Of a DNA stretch of 64,000 nucleotides, positions 40,197 to 55,839 are shown piece after piece. Within the stretch, counting starts at the first letter, position 1, and every line of letters begins with the position of its first letter. Made by a program: the position numbers and the translations under genes. The stretch comes from the human T2T-CHM13v2.0 reference genome, Homo sapiens: assembly GCF_009914755.1 (NCBI RefSeq), contig NC_060935.1. The stretch is one strand, 5' to 3'. Under the pieces are notes generated by a model. The model saw nothing but the letters and a program-made list of their open reading frames with translations. It made no database searches and was not told the origin of the DNA.

Positions 40197-40398
40197 GATA
40201 TGGAGGTTCCTCAAAAAAACTAAAAATAGAACTACCACGTGACTCAGCAATCCCACTGCTGGCTATATACACAAAAGAAAGGACATCAGTATATGAAAGA
40301 GGTACTTGCACTTCTATGTTTAATATAGCACTATTCACAATAGTCAAGATATGGAATGAAACTAAATGTCCATCAGTGGATGAATGGATAAAGAAAAT

Positions 40399-40449
<51 letters not shown>

Positions 40450-40946
40450 TATATTATATATACACACACCCAATGAAATACTATTCATCTAGAAAAAAGA
40501 AGGAAATCCTGTCATTTGCAGCAACATGGATGGAACCGGAGGTCTTTATGTTAAGTGAAATAAGCCAGGCACAGAAAGACAAATATCACATGTTCTCACT
40601 AAAAAGTAGATCTCATGGAGGTAGAGAGTAGAATGCTGGTTACCAGTAGAATGGTAGAGACTGGGAAGGGAGAAAGGGAAATGAAGAGAAATTGATTAAT
40701 GGTTGCAAAACTATAGTTAAATAGTAAGGATGAATTCTTGTATTCGATAATACGGTAAGGAAATTATGGTTAACAATATGTATTTCAAAATAGCTATAAG
40801 AGACGAATTGTAATGTTCCCAACACAAAGAAAAGATAAATGTTTGAATGATGTATCTACCAGTTACCTTGATTTGATCATTACACATTGTATTCAGCCAT
40901 CACATGTACCCCTAACATAGGTACAACTATTATATATCAATTTTAA
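40197..40946 (+). mobile_element. L1MA-type 3' end nested in the MLT1 LTR, with 15-bp TSD
   Basis: tatggaggttcctcaaaaaaactaaaaatagaactacc...aaataagccaggcacagaaagac; TSD aagactgt(a/c)atgttt at 40182-40196 and 40947-40961. Confidence 0.9.
40402..40462. repeat. (TA)n microsatellite inside L1
   Basis: About 20 uninterrupted TA units plus a degenerate continuation. Confidence 0.95.
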
Positions 40947-41339
40947 AAGACTGTCATGTTTATCTTGCTGACAAACTCTCTTCCTTTCTGGTCATGTTGG
41001 GAAAGCCCATGTGGTAAGGAACTGGGGGAGGCATCCAGCTGACAGCCCTCGTTCCAGCAGCCCACAAGGAAATGAATGCTGCTAACAAGCACATGAGCTT
41101 GAAAGCCAACCCTTCCCTAGATGAGCCTCAGATGAGACTACAGCCCTGGCCAACACCTTAATGGCAGTTTGCGAGACCCTGAAACTGAAGACCCAGCTAA
41201 GCTGTGTTTGGATTACTGACCCACAGTAACTATAATACATTTGTTTTGTTTTTTTTTAAGCCACTAAGTTGATTGTAATATTGTTGCACAGCGATAGATA
41301 ACTAATATATTTTGGTACAGATGTATCCCCTGAGACTTA

Positions 41340-42270
41340 CATTCATAGAATCGTTTAATCATCCAATTATTAAAAATTCCTTGAGCATCCACTACAATGC
41401 CAGGCTTGGTGTTAGGTGCCAGAGAAACAAAGAATAAGTATGTCATAGCCTCTTGAAACTACATTAGTAATGATTGTTGTTTAAGATGCTGGAGATGTAG
41501 TGGCAGGAGTAGTCCAAGTATCTTACAGGAGCAAAGAGGCAGGGGACCTAACCCTTCAGGTGGTGAAAGATGAAGAGTAATGTCAGGAATGACTTCCTAG
41601 CAGCAGAGACACTTGAGCTATGCCAACAGTGACGAGGAGATAACCAGGTGACGTGTGAGAGGATGCAGAAGTGAGGAGCGCCCAGACAGAGAGGGGACAA
41701 CATTGGCAAAGGCATTGAGGTTCTGGGAACTGCCAGCAATGAAGTGAGATAGTGAGGGATGACATACTGTACATAAGAGATGGGAAGGGTGAGATAATGA
41801 AGGATCTAGTATACACTGTTAAGGAACTTGGGCTTATCCTATAGGCAAAGGGGACCATTGAAGAATTTAAAGAAAAGGATGAGGACATATTTGTACTTTA
41901 GAGGGACAACTATGGCTTCTTGGAACTCTGAATTTGGAATCCAGCTAGTTCTGCTATTTTGCCATAGCCCACTAATGAGCTAACAGATGTCTAAATTAGG
42001 ACTACACTAGAATGGAGGAGAAGGACAAGTTTAAAAAATACATATGAGAGGAAATCTAGTAATTTGTTAGTGATTATGCTTTTTGGAGTGAGAGGCAGAA
42101 AGAAGTCATAGATAACCCCTAGTTTCCTAGCATGAGTAACTGGGCAGATCTTACAAATTAAATAGAAAATACAAAATAACAGGTTTACCATGGAGGAAGA
42201 TGAATCAACTCAGTTATGAACATGTTGGATTTGAGTGCATGTAGCTCATCCAAGGTGAAGATTGCTGTTC
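41340..42270 (-). mobile_element. L2 LINE (3' region)
   Basis: ttgagcatccactacaatgccaggcttggtgttaggtgccagaga...aaggaacttgggcttatcctataggcaaagggg...catgttggatttgag. Confidence 0.7.
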
Positions 42271-42420
42271 AGCAGACCGCAAGACTTCTTATCTTTTGCC
42301 CCACTTTATGGCCTGGCAGTACAGAAGCTATGGAAGGATATGTAGATTTCCTTGATTGGAGCTATGGGGGAAGAGTTGTCCTCAGAGAAGAGCCTGGTTG
42401 TCATTAAGACATGGATGTGG

Positions 42421-42747
<327 letters not shown>

Positions 42748-43489
42748 CTATAAAATATAAAGGAGAAGGGTGGTATGTTTTCAATGAGAAGGAATGTCAG
42801 GGAGCCCGATAGAAAAGGTTATGAGAGGAAGATTGATAGTGGAAGGCACAGGTAAGCATTAGGAAATGCAGGGGTTTTGATTGAGATGAATGTTCTTCCT
42901 TTGCACAGAAGCTATGCCATGAAGCACTGACTTCTCCCTGCATGCCTGTATTTATAGACTCTTTATATTAAGGCATACAGGCCCAGCTTATTGAGTAGGA
43001 TAATTTGAAATTTGCTACTTTCTTCAATTTAGAGTTCGACTTTCTTTCATTCTGTCATTGTTTTGAACAGATGGTGCAGAACTGCTTCTTCTTGACCTTT
43101 AAAAAAACTATTAAGAGTAGAGTCAGTCGCTTGTCCATTTCTGCTTCTTCATGCCTCTCATAATGATTCCACCAGCTTAACTGCAACTGCTTTCATAGCC
43201 GGCTCAGCCTGGGCATGCACCATGGCCTTTTTCCTGAAGCCACTGGGAGCACGTTATATTCTCCTGACAGACACACTTTCATCTGGGGGAAGCCATTATT
43301 CATTCCTACAGGGTCACCTAAATTGGAAACATAACTATGATGAACTGAAATCTTTTATATCTGTTATTGGCTATTTTTTTCTAGTCTGAAGCCTTGGTTC
43401 TCCATGTATTTCATTAATACATTTGTGCTCTGGACAAACAGCTTGAAAAAGTAACTAGGAGAATGGCTGGACGGCACTAAAGAAGTGAG

Positions 43490-43640
43490 AGAACAGAGTT
43501 CTAGGCTTCTCCCCCACTTGCCTATGACAAGGTGATTGATACATTCTGCTATCCTGGGCAAGCCATTTAACCTTTATGGGCCTCAGTTGCTTTCTTAGTA
43601 AAATAGTATAAATTAAACTTTACCAAGCTTAAGATAGTGA
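43490..43640 (+). mobile_element. MIR SINE
   Basis: ctatcctgggcaagccatttaacctttatgggcctcagttgctttc. Confidence 0.6.
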
Positions 43641-43707
43641 GCTCAACCAAAATCTCTTTAAATCTTTTAAGGATCTAACACCCTTCCAAAGCCAAGCCCA
43701 TGGGACA

Positions 43708-44222
43708 GTGTTACTATTATCTACTGCTGTGTAACAAACAACCGTGAGATTTAGTGGCTTAAAACAGCTGCCTTCTTTTCCTCCTGTTGTTGTGAATCAG
43801 GAGTTCAGGAAGGATTTAATTGGAAATTTTGTGCCTGATCCTCTTGGCAGTCATGTTGATGATTGGGGCTGGAGGATCCACTTCCAAGACGGTTTCTTCA
43901 CTTGCACATCTGATACCTCCATGCTCTTTGGCATCTCCTTCCTTGTGCTGGCTCATCCTCCCAGGCCTTTCTATGTAGCTCAAGATTCTCACAGCCTGGG
44001 GGTCGCAGGTGGACACTTCTTACATGGCAGCTGGTTTCCAAGAGTCAGGAAGAAGCCACAGGTCTCTTAAGGGCTTCACATATAACCAGCACCGCATCAC
44101 TTCAGCCATATTCCATCGGTCCAGGCAGTCACAGGGCCCGCCTCTTGATGGCAACACCACATTGCACAAGAGCATGTGAGATTGGGACATTGTGGCCACC
44201 TTTGGAAAGTATGACTTGTCAT
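43708..44222 (-). mobile_element. MaLR LTR (MLT1F/G-like)
   Basis: tatctactgctgtgtaacaaac...ttagtggcttaaaaca...ggggctggaggatccacttccaaga...gcatcacttcagccatattccat. Confidence 0.75.
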
Positions 44223-44812
44223 AGCCAGTGATTCCCTCCCAATGAATGGAGAAAAAGCTTGATTTTAGGGGTCATGTATGTAAAGCACTTGGCACAACAG
44301 CAAGTGTTTAATAAATAATACCTCTTACTAGTCCAGTGGAAACAAAAGACAAACAGGAATGAGAGCCAGGACATATCTCCCTTATACAGGGAAGAGGGTG
44401 TTTTGCTTAAGAGACAGAATGGATGAATAAGAACATAATACAGAAGATTGAATACTGGGTGTGAGATTCTCAAAATAGACTGGCTGAAATAAAAGAGTTG
44501 AATGTTTTTAAGATTAAATTATTCCTGACTTTATAATATTTGTCTCTAGGTTTTGTAGATCTTGGTTGCTTCACTTAAAAAGACAATTCAGAAACATTTT
44601 CAGACAAGATTTTTAATATGTGATGCTTGTCCTTTCTGCTTTTGCGACATCATGGTTTATGATACCATAGTGGGTGATTCCAGGGCATAATTGAGATTGC
44701 TGCTGCCTGTTTTTTGGCAGTGATTTTTTGCCCATTTTATGAACTAAATTTGGGTATTTACATTCATTAGGATACAGTGTAGCCATCTTCACTTAAAAGT
44801 CCTAATTCAGGA

Positions 44813-44851
44813 CATAACTTGGACCCTTTAATCAACACCTCTCCATTTCCT
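44813..44851. repeat. Exact 39-bp copy of 45448-45486
   Basis: cataacttggaccctttaatcaacacctctccatttcct, 39/39 identical. Confidence 0.97.
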
Positions 44852-45327
44852 ACCTCATTTAGAAGGTACGTGTACATTTCTTTTAAATATTTTATGTCTT
44901 TGGTGATGTGCGAGGTTCAGCTTATGAAGAATTCTAGCTTTGAAGTTGGTTTAGAAAGATTGCCCCTTCTATGAATGCATAAAAATAGTTTAAATTATTT
45001 ATAGTTCTAGAAAGGCTGTGTTATTTTATGTGGGACACAAATTATGGGAGATTCGGAAGGTTTCCCATTGCTTCCTGTCCAAAACTGAATCTCAATTTTT
45101 TGGTTGCAGATTTTATTTTTAAAATTTTTATATTTAAACTTTTATATTTGGAAAGAGAATGCATTTATATCTTTTGCATTTCATTTCCTTGGTGTGCCCC
45201 AATGTTTTCCCTGGATATGCAGTTTTAGTTCTTGTCACTAGTCACTCTGAATTTTTTCTAGAACCATGGAAGGGTTTACAAGATAGCGATCAAGATGTTG
45301 AAAGTAAATGGAAGAATACATAAAGAA

Positions 45328-45692
45328 TGGTGGTTAAGAATACTTGACGTAAGATCTGCTCTCTTAGCAGAGTTTAAGTATATAATACCATTTTGTTAGC
45401 TAGAGGCCCTATGCTCTGTAACGAATCTCCAGAACTTATGTATCTGGCATAACTTGGACCCTTTAATCAACACCTCTCCATTTCCTCCTCCCTACAACCC
45501 CTAGCCACTACCATTCTACTCTCAGCTTCTATGAGTTTGCCTATTTTATTAACAGGTTCCACATTTAAATGAGATCATATACAGAATAGTCTTTCTGTCT
45601 CTGGCTTATTTCACTTAGCATAATATCCTCTATATTGTTGCAATGGGAAGGTTTCCTCATTTTTAAGCCTGAATAATATTCCATTCTATGTT
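45328..45692 (-). mobile_element. L1MA9-like 3' end
   Basis: gtggttaagaatacttgacgtaagatctgctctcttagca...ccattctactctcagcttctatgagttt...ctggcttatttcacttagcataat. Confidence 0.85.
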
Positions 45693-46519
45693 TAAAAAAA
45701 AAATGGTTAAGTTACTGACCAGCCTCCTTTGTAGGAACATATGTACTTAACTGGAGGTTCCTTATAACTTTAGAGTCTAAGTAATATTTTAATTGAACAA
45801 TTTCTTACAGTACCTGCCTCCCAGACCTGTGTTTTATAAGTAATCTCAAAAGTAGGTGAATTATGGAAGCGGTATACCAAATAAAAACGAAGCTCTTAAA
45901 TAGTTAAGAGGAGTTTCTTTGTGGTTTATTGCCACTTGCAATGGGAATGACAGTCACAGAAGAGGGAAAGGAATACTGGAACAGAAGCCATCTCCTTCTG
46001 CTTTGAAATCTCCCATGTCCTGTTCCCCATTGGGCCAGCTTGGTTGGCTCGCACATGGGACAAATACGTGGAACTCACATCCTGTCCCCCGTATGTGTAA
46101 AACAAATGAAATGCAACAAAGATCATTTATTCACTTTCTGCTTCTAATCGTGCAGCTTCTCCTGAGCTTGAATTGGCCCATGACAATTAGTATTGATCAT
46201 GACAGTAACAGAAAAGAAATGATTGGTGTGCTGTAGTCTGATTTGACCATAATATTAGGAGACTGGAGCCTGGGGTTCCATATTTGACTGTGTGTATTTA
46301 CAACCCCCTGATTTTCCTTGGATTAATTAACTTTACAAAAGTAGATAGTCCATCTCGATGGTTCATTTTCTGAGGACCTAGTCTGTTGCTGTCACATCCA
46401 GAAAATGTGCAACCTGGCATGAGTCTTAGGAGAAGTACCCTACCTTGCAGCTGTCATCTGCCTGGAAGGTGGGGGACCATGTGAGCACAATGCATGCACG
46501 TAGAAACTGATTGGTTTTC

Positions 46520-46812
46520 TATTGTGGTAAAATACATGTAACATAAAATTTACCACTAGCGATGTTTAGTAAATTGACAACCTCATGCAACCATCACTTC
46601 TATGTAGTTCCAGAACATTTTCATCACTACAGAAGGAAACCTTGTACCCATTAAGTGGTCACTGTCCATTCTTCCTTTCTCCCAGTATCTGGCACCACTG
46701 AGTGGTGTTCTGTCTCCATGGATTTGCCTATTCTGGACATTTCATACAAATGGAATCAGGCAATCTGTGACCTTTTGTTGTCTGGCTTTTTTCAGCGAGC
46801 ATAATGTTTTCA
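46520..46812 (-). mobile_element. L1MB-type 3' end
   Basis: attgtggtaaaatacatgtaacataaaatttacca...tccagaacattttcatcac...ggatttgcctattctggacatttcatacaaatggaatc. Confidence 0.85.
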
Positions 46813-46814
46813 GC

Positions 46815-47640
<826 letters not shown>

Positions 47641-48136
47641 TCAATGGCTGTTCCAGTGGTTTGCAGAGGGCAGATAGCACTTTCCTGAGATTCATAGCCA
47701 TATGGGGTACACAGCTGGGTGTGGCCTGCCGTTAATGCCGAGATAGCCTTCCTCCCTTTCTGATTTAGACTCTGCTCTCTGCCACTGCCTAGCCTGGCCT
47801 GGCAGTCATTGACAAGCCTTATGCTCAGAAGTCTCCATGACCAGAAGTCTCCACTGACATTCCACCCACTAGCACAGGCTGTCTCTGAGCCTCATTCTGC
47901 CTCCTCTGCAGACCACTTAGCATCCAGTGTTACTCATCTAGAGGGGTTCTGCTGAGTTCTTCAGATGAACTGCTTCATTTCAAGATGCCCAGTTCTCATG
48001 GCACTGAGGAGGCACACCGTGGGCCCATATAATTGACATTACTTGGATGGGGTTCAGACATTCTGCTCAGTTCCTGGAACCACTCACTTCTGATGGACCC
48101 ATAAGCCCTTCCAACACACTCAAACCTTGTCTATGC

Positions 48137-48186
48137 TAAGAACATATGATACTTTGGTCCATAAGAACATATGATACTTTGGTCCA
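48137..48186. repeat. Perfect 25-bp tandem duplication
   Basis: taagaacatatgatactttggtcca x2. Confidence 0.97.
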
Positions 48187-49269
48187 TTATAACCCTGTTA
48201 GACCATAGCCCTTGTAGAAACAATACAAAATTTGACTTAGTTTAAGTGAATGTTTAAATAATCTTTTAGAGCACCAGAATATGCCCATCATCAGCATTAG
48301 CTTGAAATCAGTCCACAGAAAGGAGAATCTGTATTCTGTGTGACTAGTATCTCATTTGTCCCTTTGTAAAGAGATAATGCAGTTTCTTTGCCAAATGTAG
48401 TCATATTTCTTGCTTTAAAATATGGAAGACTCTCTGATTATGTCATTCCAGATCTATATGGACAGGTTTTACAACTATTGAAACAGTTCTAATCAACTGT
48501 AGGAATTGAAATTATTTTCTATGGGAAGTCTGACTTCCTTCCATTCAGTGGCCTGCCTGATATTGAATGATTGACATTCTGATGGAGTGGGGAGATGTGG
48601 AAATTGCAGTCCCACTTCTCATTGCTCTCTTTTCTTCCTCACTGTGACGAGTGTTTTTAACCCGTTAATATCCCTTGAAATGGGTCATGAGACTGTGTGT
48701 TAGGAAAACCAGTTTCTCAGTGCCTCCAGGCAGGAGTAACATGACTAGTAAAATTATGACTGCTTAATCTTTCAAGAGGACATACTTGGGGTAAAAGAAT
48801 ACATCTAAACCAATGTTAAGTTTTAAGTTAGATGGCAAAAATGAATACTACAGTCAAACATAAAGGAGTTCTAGACTTAAAATTATACCAATATACCTTT
48901 TCTTCTTGAAATTATTTTTCCTTAAACTATATTTTTTTTATTATTTATTAAATGTTTATTGCATGTTAGATTCTGTTTTAAAAATTTAAATACATCATCT
49001 CATTTAATTCTCCAGTAGTCCTTTGCAGTTCGTATCATTACTGTCCCCATTTTTTAGGTCAGCAGACTGTGGCTTACACACTAATGCCAGATATATTTTA
49101 ACCCACTCTTAAACTCCGAATTTCAAGTCAGCAAATTCTCATGGATCACCCAGTGCTAGGTGCCATGGCAAATTTAAAATGTAAATGACATAATTTTCTT
49201 CTGAGGCACTTTTAAAAACTTAAAGGTGTTAATTTTTTTTTCTGGAGAATCAACAAAATATAACGTTTA

Positions 49270-50410
49270 ATATAGATCAAGATGGTTTCATATAGAATAT
49301 TTATAGGTATGTGTATATACACAGGTTAGTATACATACATATATTTCTTTCCAGCTGAGAGGGCTTACAAGAAATGATACTCTAGTAGCAACAAGCACAT
49401 CTAGCACCCATATCTTGGTTTCTGATGCTAGGACTGGTGGGGGGCAGGAAGTATATAAGATGAGCCTGGAGCATCTTGTAGTGCCTGAAATAAGGAAGTG
49501 CTACAAAAGAAAAACAAAAATCCACAATGGGTGGAGTCTGTTAAAGGGACACAGAAGCCAAATGAAACAATCCCCAATGTCCAAAGCTAAAACAATTTAG
49601 CACCAAAAGAAATAAAAGTATTGGATTATAACCTAAAGTGCAAAATAAATATCCATGAATCCATACCAATACAAATAAATGACTGAATAAATTAATTTAT
49701 TCAGGAGAAGAGACAAATTTCACATGCAAAAGAATTTTAAATAAATTATGTAGATACTCCATCCTAGAAGGGGGAGAACATAGCCCCCTCCTTAAGTGGG
49801 GCTTTGCATAGTGATTTCCTTCCTGCAGCATAGAAAGGGGAGAAAAAAGAGTAACTTCACAGGGGAGAAACCTGGTAAATAGTACCCAAGCCATGTGACC
49901 AAGGGCAATTTCAGTAGTTGCAAACCGTTGATAGTATGTAGACTTGAGATGATGCAATGAAAATGGCACTTTACATGTGTGCTCTTCCTACCCATGCCAT
50001 AATCCCAGTCTAATTGTGAGAAAAACACCAGACATAGCCAATAGCAGGAAGTTCTGTAATATGCCTTGCCAGTACTCCTCAAATCTGTCAAGGTTATCAG
50101 AAGCAAGCAAAGTCTGAGAAATTGACACAGAAATTGACATGTGAGGAACTTAAGGAGATGTAACAACAAATTATAATATGATACCCTGGATAGGGTCCTG
50201 GAACAGAAGAAGGGTGGTAGTGAATAAAAGGAAATTTGAATAATCTGCATCAATATTGGTTCATTAATTACAACAAATATACCATGCTAATATAAGATGC
50301 TAATAATGGAGAAACGTTGCGAGTTGATGAAGTGTATGTGAACACAATTTTCCCTACAATTTTTTAAAACAATCTAAAACTGTTTTAAAAACTGAAGTTT
50401 ATTAATGAAA
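49270..50410 (+). mobile_element. L1MC/MD-type 3' region
   Basis: tagtagcaacaagcacatctagcaccca...cctggagcatcttgtagtgcc...ccctggatagggtcctggaacagaa...caatattggttcattaatt. Confidence 0.8.
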
Positions 50411-51135
50411 GAAGTGTGCGTGTGAACATTTTACTGTGATTCATGAGACAGGGTCACTGGCTTGGTTCTTGCCCATTCATTTTCATAATTCATCTGTCTA
50501 ATTTATCCTGTGAGTGTAGGATGAACATATGAATTTATTAAAGTGGAGATTGAGAGATAAGTAATTTTTGTAAAAGGAAGTCGTATAAAGATCCCTTGAA
50601 CCCATCCAACTTTAGAATATGGACAGTTCAGTGAGAAAAAAAAAATCTGTAGGCAAGAAATGATTCTCTAATTTTAATCTCGTAAATGTCCACATAAAGG
50701 TATTAAGATTGTTTATGTACAGAAATATATTTATTTTTGTAATAGTTGTATTAATAGATTTTAAATTAGCATTTGGTCTTTTCTATTTTGCTTCACTAAT
50801 TACGTAAGGCTTTGACTATTAAATTAGGTTAATTTATCTCTATTGCATCCATCCAGGATTGGGTAGAAAAGGTAAAAAGGCCAAGTGTTTTCCTAGGATC
50901 ACTCAGGATCAAAACCAGGCTTCAGGCCTCTCAATTCCTGGTTTCTGTGCTTTGCCTACCATAAAGATATTGGTTGACCTTCAAATCGCATACTCCTTTA
51001 ATCATCTTTTCTCTTATGACTCTAATTTTCATTTTCCCTTGTGATTTTACAAGGCAGATTTTATTATGAATGTACTTTGAAGTGAGAAATGTGAAGCCCT
51101 TTTCCCGTCTCTTTCCCTCTAAAAAGAATTAGATT

Positions 51136-51507
<372 letters not shown>

Positions 51508-52320
51508 TTACATCTGATTGCTGGTTTCTTTCCACCACACTACAGGAGAGGCTGTGTTTCCTCCTTAGCGTAAGAGTTTGGCATATAGTAGGTGGTCAAT
51601 AAAGGGAATTTCAATAAATAGCAAAGAGTGATTCAGCAGAATTGCCAAATACTGTAAGTTATTTGTAACAAAGACACTTTTTCCTTCAGCCTTTTACTAT
51701 CTGGTTTTCCAGACTCATGTGCTTTACTGGAAGCCCAAGGTTTCACTGGGGGAATGTGAGTGTCCTAGAAGGGAAGAAAGTGTGCCAAGACTGGAAAACC
51801 ACATAAGCAGACACGGATATGACCTCACAATTAGAAAACCATGGCACCAATTAAAGAGTCTGTATACCTTTGCCTCTTTGACAAATTGTCTTTTTGAATT
51901 GGCTTTGTGATTCATGGGCTCAAATTTGAAACATTAGTGTTTAATTCAATGAATGGAAAATACTTTTCATTTGACTCACGAATATTGTCACCATCGTTAT
52001 GTCACCTGGCATTTGAGATTGTGATGCAACTAGCTCACTAGTTCTACCACCTGTAACGAATACTGCAATTAGCTGCTTTCTCTTTCCTAGCCTCAGTGGG
52101 TTCATAATCCCTTTAGTTATCATCTAAAGCCAAATTGCATTTTGCAAAACATGTACTCCCTGATAAATTACAAATGATTCCATTACAAAGGCTCCTGTAG
52201 TCAAATAAGTTTGAGAAATGTCGTGTTAACAAAGTTAAAGGGCTGTCTCTATTGGGAGACTTCTGAGAGTCCTGACCCTGTTAATGCATGCAGAACCCTC
52301 CAAGTATGGCATTCATATAA

Positions 52321-52628
<308 letters not shown>

Positions 52629-52689
52629 TCATATACCAAGTTTTTAAGACTTGCCTGAACATGGGCTTGTTGATAAGTACAACAAGAGG

Positions 52690-52900
52690 TTAAGAACTCT
52701 AGCTGTAGAGTCATGTTCATCTGGATTGTAGAGCCTTAGGGAAGCCCTGTGATTAAGCATCGGTTTCCTCGGCTTTTGGGTGGGTATACTAATAACAGAT
52801 GACCATAAGGTTCTTATGAAAATTAAATGAAATAATTTTGTATAAAACACTTGGCACAGTGCATGGCACCTGGGATGTCCTTAGTAAATGGTAGCTAATG
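52690..52900 (+). mobile_element. MIR SINE
   Basis: ggttcttatgaaaattaaatgaaataattttgtataaaacacttggcacagtgcatggcac. Confidence 0.65.
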
Positions 52901-53429
52901 GTGATATTAATGTCTTGGAGAATATTAGAGTTCTGCAAAATACAGTTTTGGAAACGCTGATCTGTAATCATATAGGTTGTTCATTTCATCCAGTTTTACA
53001 GATAAGGCCAATATAAATTCCTGTGATTAATTCCACGGTCTAATCCTTGCTCTATCTCTAGTGCAAATGCCAGATCTTCAGTCTTACAGAACATATTGTG
53101 ATGTAAACATTCTACCAAAAGGATCTCATTTCGAAACCAGGCCCTGCTTGTGACTTTAGCAACCTTACCACTGGAATATGTGGGGTTTTGATGATTTGGT
53201 CCTAGAGGTGCGGTTTAGTCTATTCACTTGTATTGTTATGGCCATCAAATATTATCTAGTACCCCTTAAATGAGCATAATAGTATGTAGTCATATTGCAT
53301 CAAGGTGTAATATGTGGCTCACCAATGGAGAGAAGGGGTATCTGGCTAAACTTGATGCTTGTGCTTAATTTAGATGTGAGTAACGTTTGTGCTATCTTAA
53401 CAGATGTCCCAGCACATGGTACTTTGTTT

Positions 53430-55780
53430 GTATTTATTAATTCATTTATTGATTTACAGATATTTAATGATTGCCTCCTATGTGCTGGGTATGGGGACTG
53501 CAAAGATGAGTAGGAAGTGGGCCCTGTCTCCAAGGCTGTAGAGTCACCTTGTGGAGCTGATCCTGAGTGTGAATGATCAGAGTACAGTGGAGGGAAGTGT
53601 CCCAAGGAAGGACAGAGAGATGTCTAGAGAAAACGAGGCACTCAAACTCAGGCAGAAAAGTCTCCAAGGTAGAGTAGGAATATGCCACACAGCTTATAAA
53701 AGAAAAGAGCTTTGGGGTCTTTCAAGTGGTCTGGTATAATGCCAGCAGCAGTGGGCAGTAGGGAAGGGGCTAGGAATGCCAGGATATAAGATGGAAGTGG
53801 AGGCAAGAGCAGACCATGACGAAGCCTCAGTGACAGGGCAAGGGGTGTTGTAGGAGTTTGGACTGTGACATACTGATTAGGTTGCTTTTAAGGCAGATAC
53901 CTGGAAGCAGTATGGAGAAGGACCCGGAAGGAACCAAAGTGGATGCAGGGAGAGCAGTTCAGAGAGATGAACCATTCAGGTCTGGGCTGGTGCATTTGTC
54001 TGGGTGCAGGACGAGGTGCATTTGTGTTTAGGAAAAAGAGGCAGGTGCAAGTTTTTAAAAACTCAAGCAACATTGTTCTAAGCACGTGAAGAGGGACTTA
54101 TGAGGCAATGGCTATGGAGATGGAGAGGTGAGGAGAGGTTTAAGAGATTCTTAATATGCAGGATTGACAGAATATGGAGACAGTCTATTGCTGGCATTAT
54201 TTTGGTAGACGGGAGGGAGAAAGGACATCGAGGATGACTCAGGTTTCTGGCTTTGATGATTGGAGATACAGTGAGACCACTGACTGAGACCTGGAATGCA
54301 GTGGCCAGAGAGAAAGAAGCAGTTTGTTCCTGAAGGATGGGATCCAGTGAGTTGGAAGTACCTGTGAGGTAGTCAGGAGGATTTGTCCAGCAAAAAATGC
54401 AAATACGGCCCTGGCACTCCCACAAGCTCTGGGTTGGAGATGTGAATACAGGATTCATCAGCCTATTTGAAGAGAGGGGAAGTCATGGGGGGAGGGGAGT
54501 GGTTCAGGCTGAATTGGAGTGAGCCAATGAGAAGGTCATAGCTAGGATAAGCCTAGTGTCATTGCACGTTGATTCCTTCTCAGTCTTAAGAGCATCCTGG
54601 CTTGGGTGCTGAATGACGTGATTATGCTTGATGGAACCCTAGGACACATCAACATTTACAGGGAGAAAGAGAGATGGAAACTAATAGCCAGGGAGGTGAA
54701 AGAAAATAGCAAGAAGAGTGATGTGATAGCAAGGTGGGGAGTGTAGACAAAAGCTGGATGACAGTGCCTTTGGGATTAAAGGAAAGATGCAGAAACATCA
54801 TTCCTCCAAGAAGTTTGCCTAGAAGGAAAAAAATGCACAGGTAGCTGGAGAGAGGCACGGGGTTGAAGGAGAGCTGCTATTTATTTTAAAGTGGATTCTA
54901 CAGAATGTTTTAGTGGACTGAAGGGCATCAGGCAGTGTAAAGGGAAAGATGAGAGATAGAGGAGAGAGAAATGATGGACGGGATCGCAGAGGAAGACAGG
55001 AGGAGATGAAGGGTACAAGTGGGAGAAGTATACCTTAAAGAGAAAGTATGGCTTTTGCTTTTTCTAATTGGAGGAATCATAAAAAGGATTGATAGGAATA
55101 CGAATAAATTTGGAAGTAGCTGGGAAGCAGGCCTGGAAGCTGAGAAAATAGATTCCTCAGTGGCCTCTATACTCACTATAAAGGAAAAGATAAGGTCATT
55201 TGCTGATAGACAGGGGAGAAAAGGCAGGAGCTAGGTGCTTGAGAAGGTGGTAAAAATTTGGATAAATGGGAAAGGGAGCTGACTGGATGCCTCCCTCACA
55301 GAAATATTTTTGGGGTGTGCTGAAACTGGAAATCACAAATTTATCGCTAACCCAGTCTGCATCATTTATTTTTCTTCTGCAGCATGTGGCAAGCCCTGTG
55401 CTGGTGAGACATCCATAGATGGTTGGGTTGATCCTATTCTGGGAATAGGCTGTGTGTGGTAGAGAGATGAGGGCTGAAGAACTAAGGCTGAAGGTGAGCA
55501 AGCCCTACGGTGAAAAGTAAAGTCAATGAGGCCAATTGGAAGAAAAAGGACAGGAAGAGGAATCCCAATAGATGACAGGTGTTGGTATGACTGGAATAGA
55601 TGAATGAAAAAGAGCAGGAATGTTAATGGGTTGCTGTTGGATATAGGAGTATCCAAATTTAAGATTACAGAGATGGAACAATTCCCAGTGGCAACAAAAT
55701 CCAGGATGTAGACATAGGAAATTATTGCTTAAGTGAAGTAAAAACTGTTTGTCAAGTGAATAACATGATATTCCTTGAAG
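53430..55780 (-). mobile_element. Extended L2 remnant
   Basis: Begins with the antisense L2 terminus (ttcatttattgatttacagatatttaatgattgcctcctatgtgctggg), then long purine-rich L2-like text (gaggatgactcaggtttctggcttt, gagttggaagtacctgtgag). Confidence 0.6.
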
Positions 55781-55839
55781 CTTTTCACTTGAGCAACCTT
55801 TCCAATTTATTAGTTTGGAATTTGCCATTGTTGGTTGGA

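Larger units (their letters stand above)
40025..41308 (+). mobile_element. MaLR LTR (MLT1F-H-like) split by an L1
   Basis: aagatggcccctgtgatccccacctcctggt...[L1]...agcccatgtggtaaggaactg...cagccctggccaacacctt...taagccactaagtt...atagataactaata. Confidence 0.75.
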
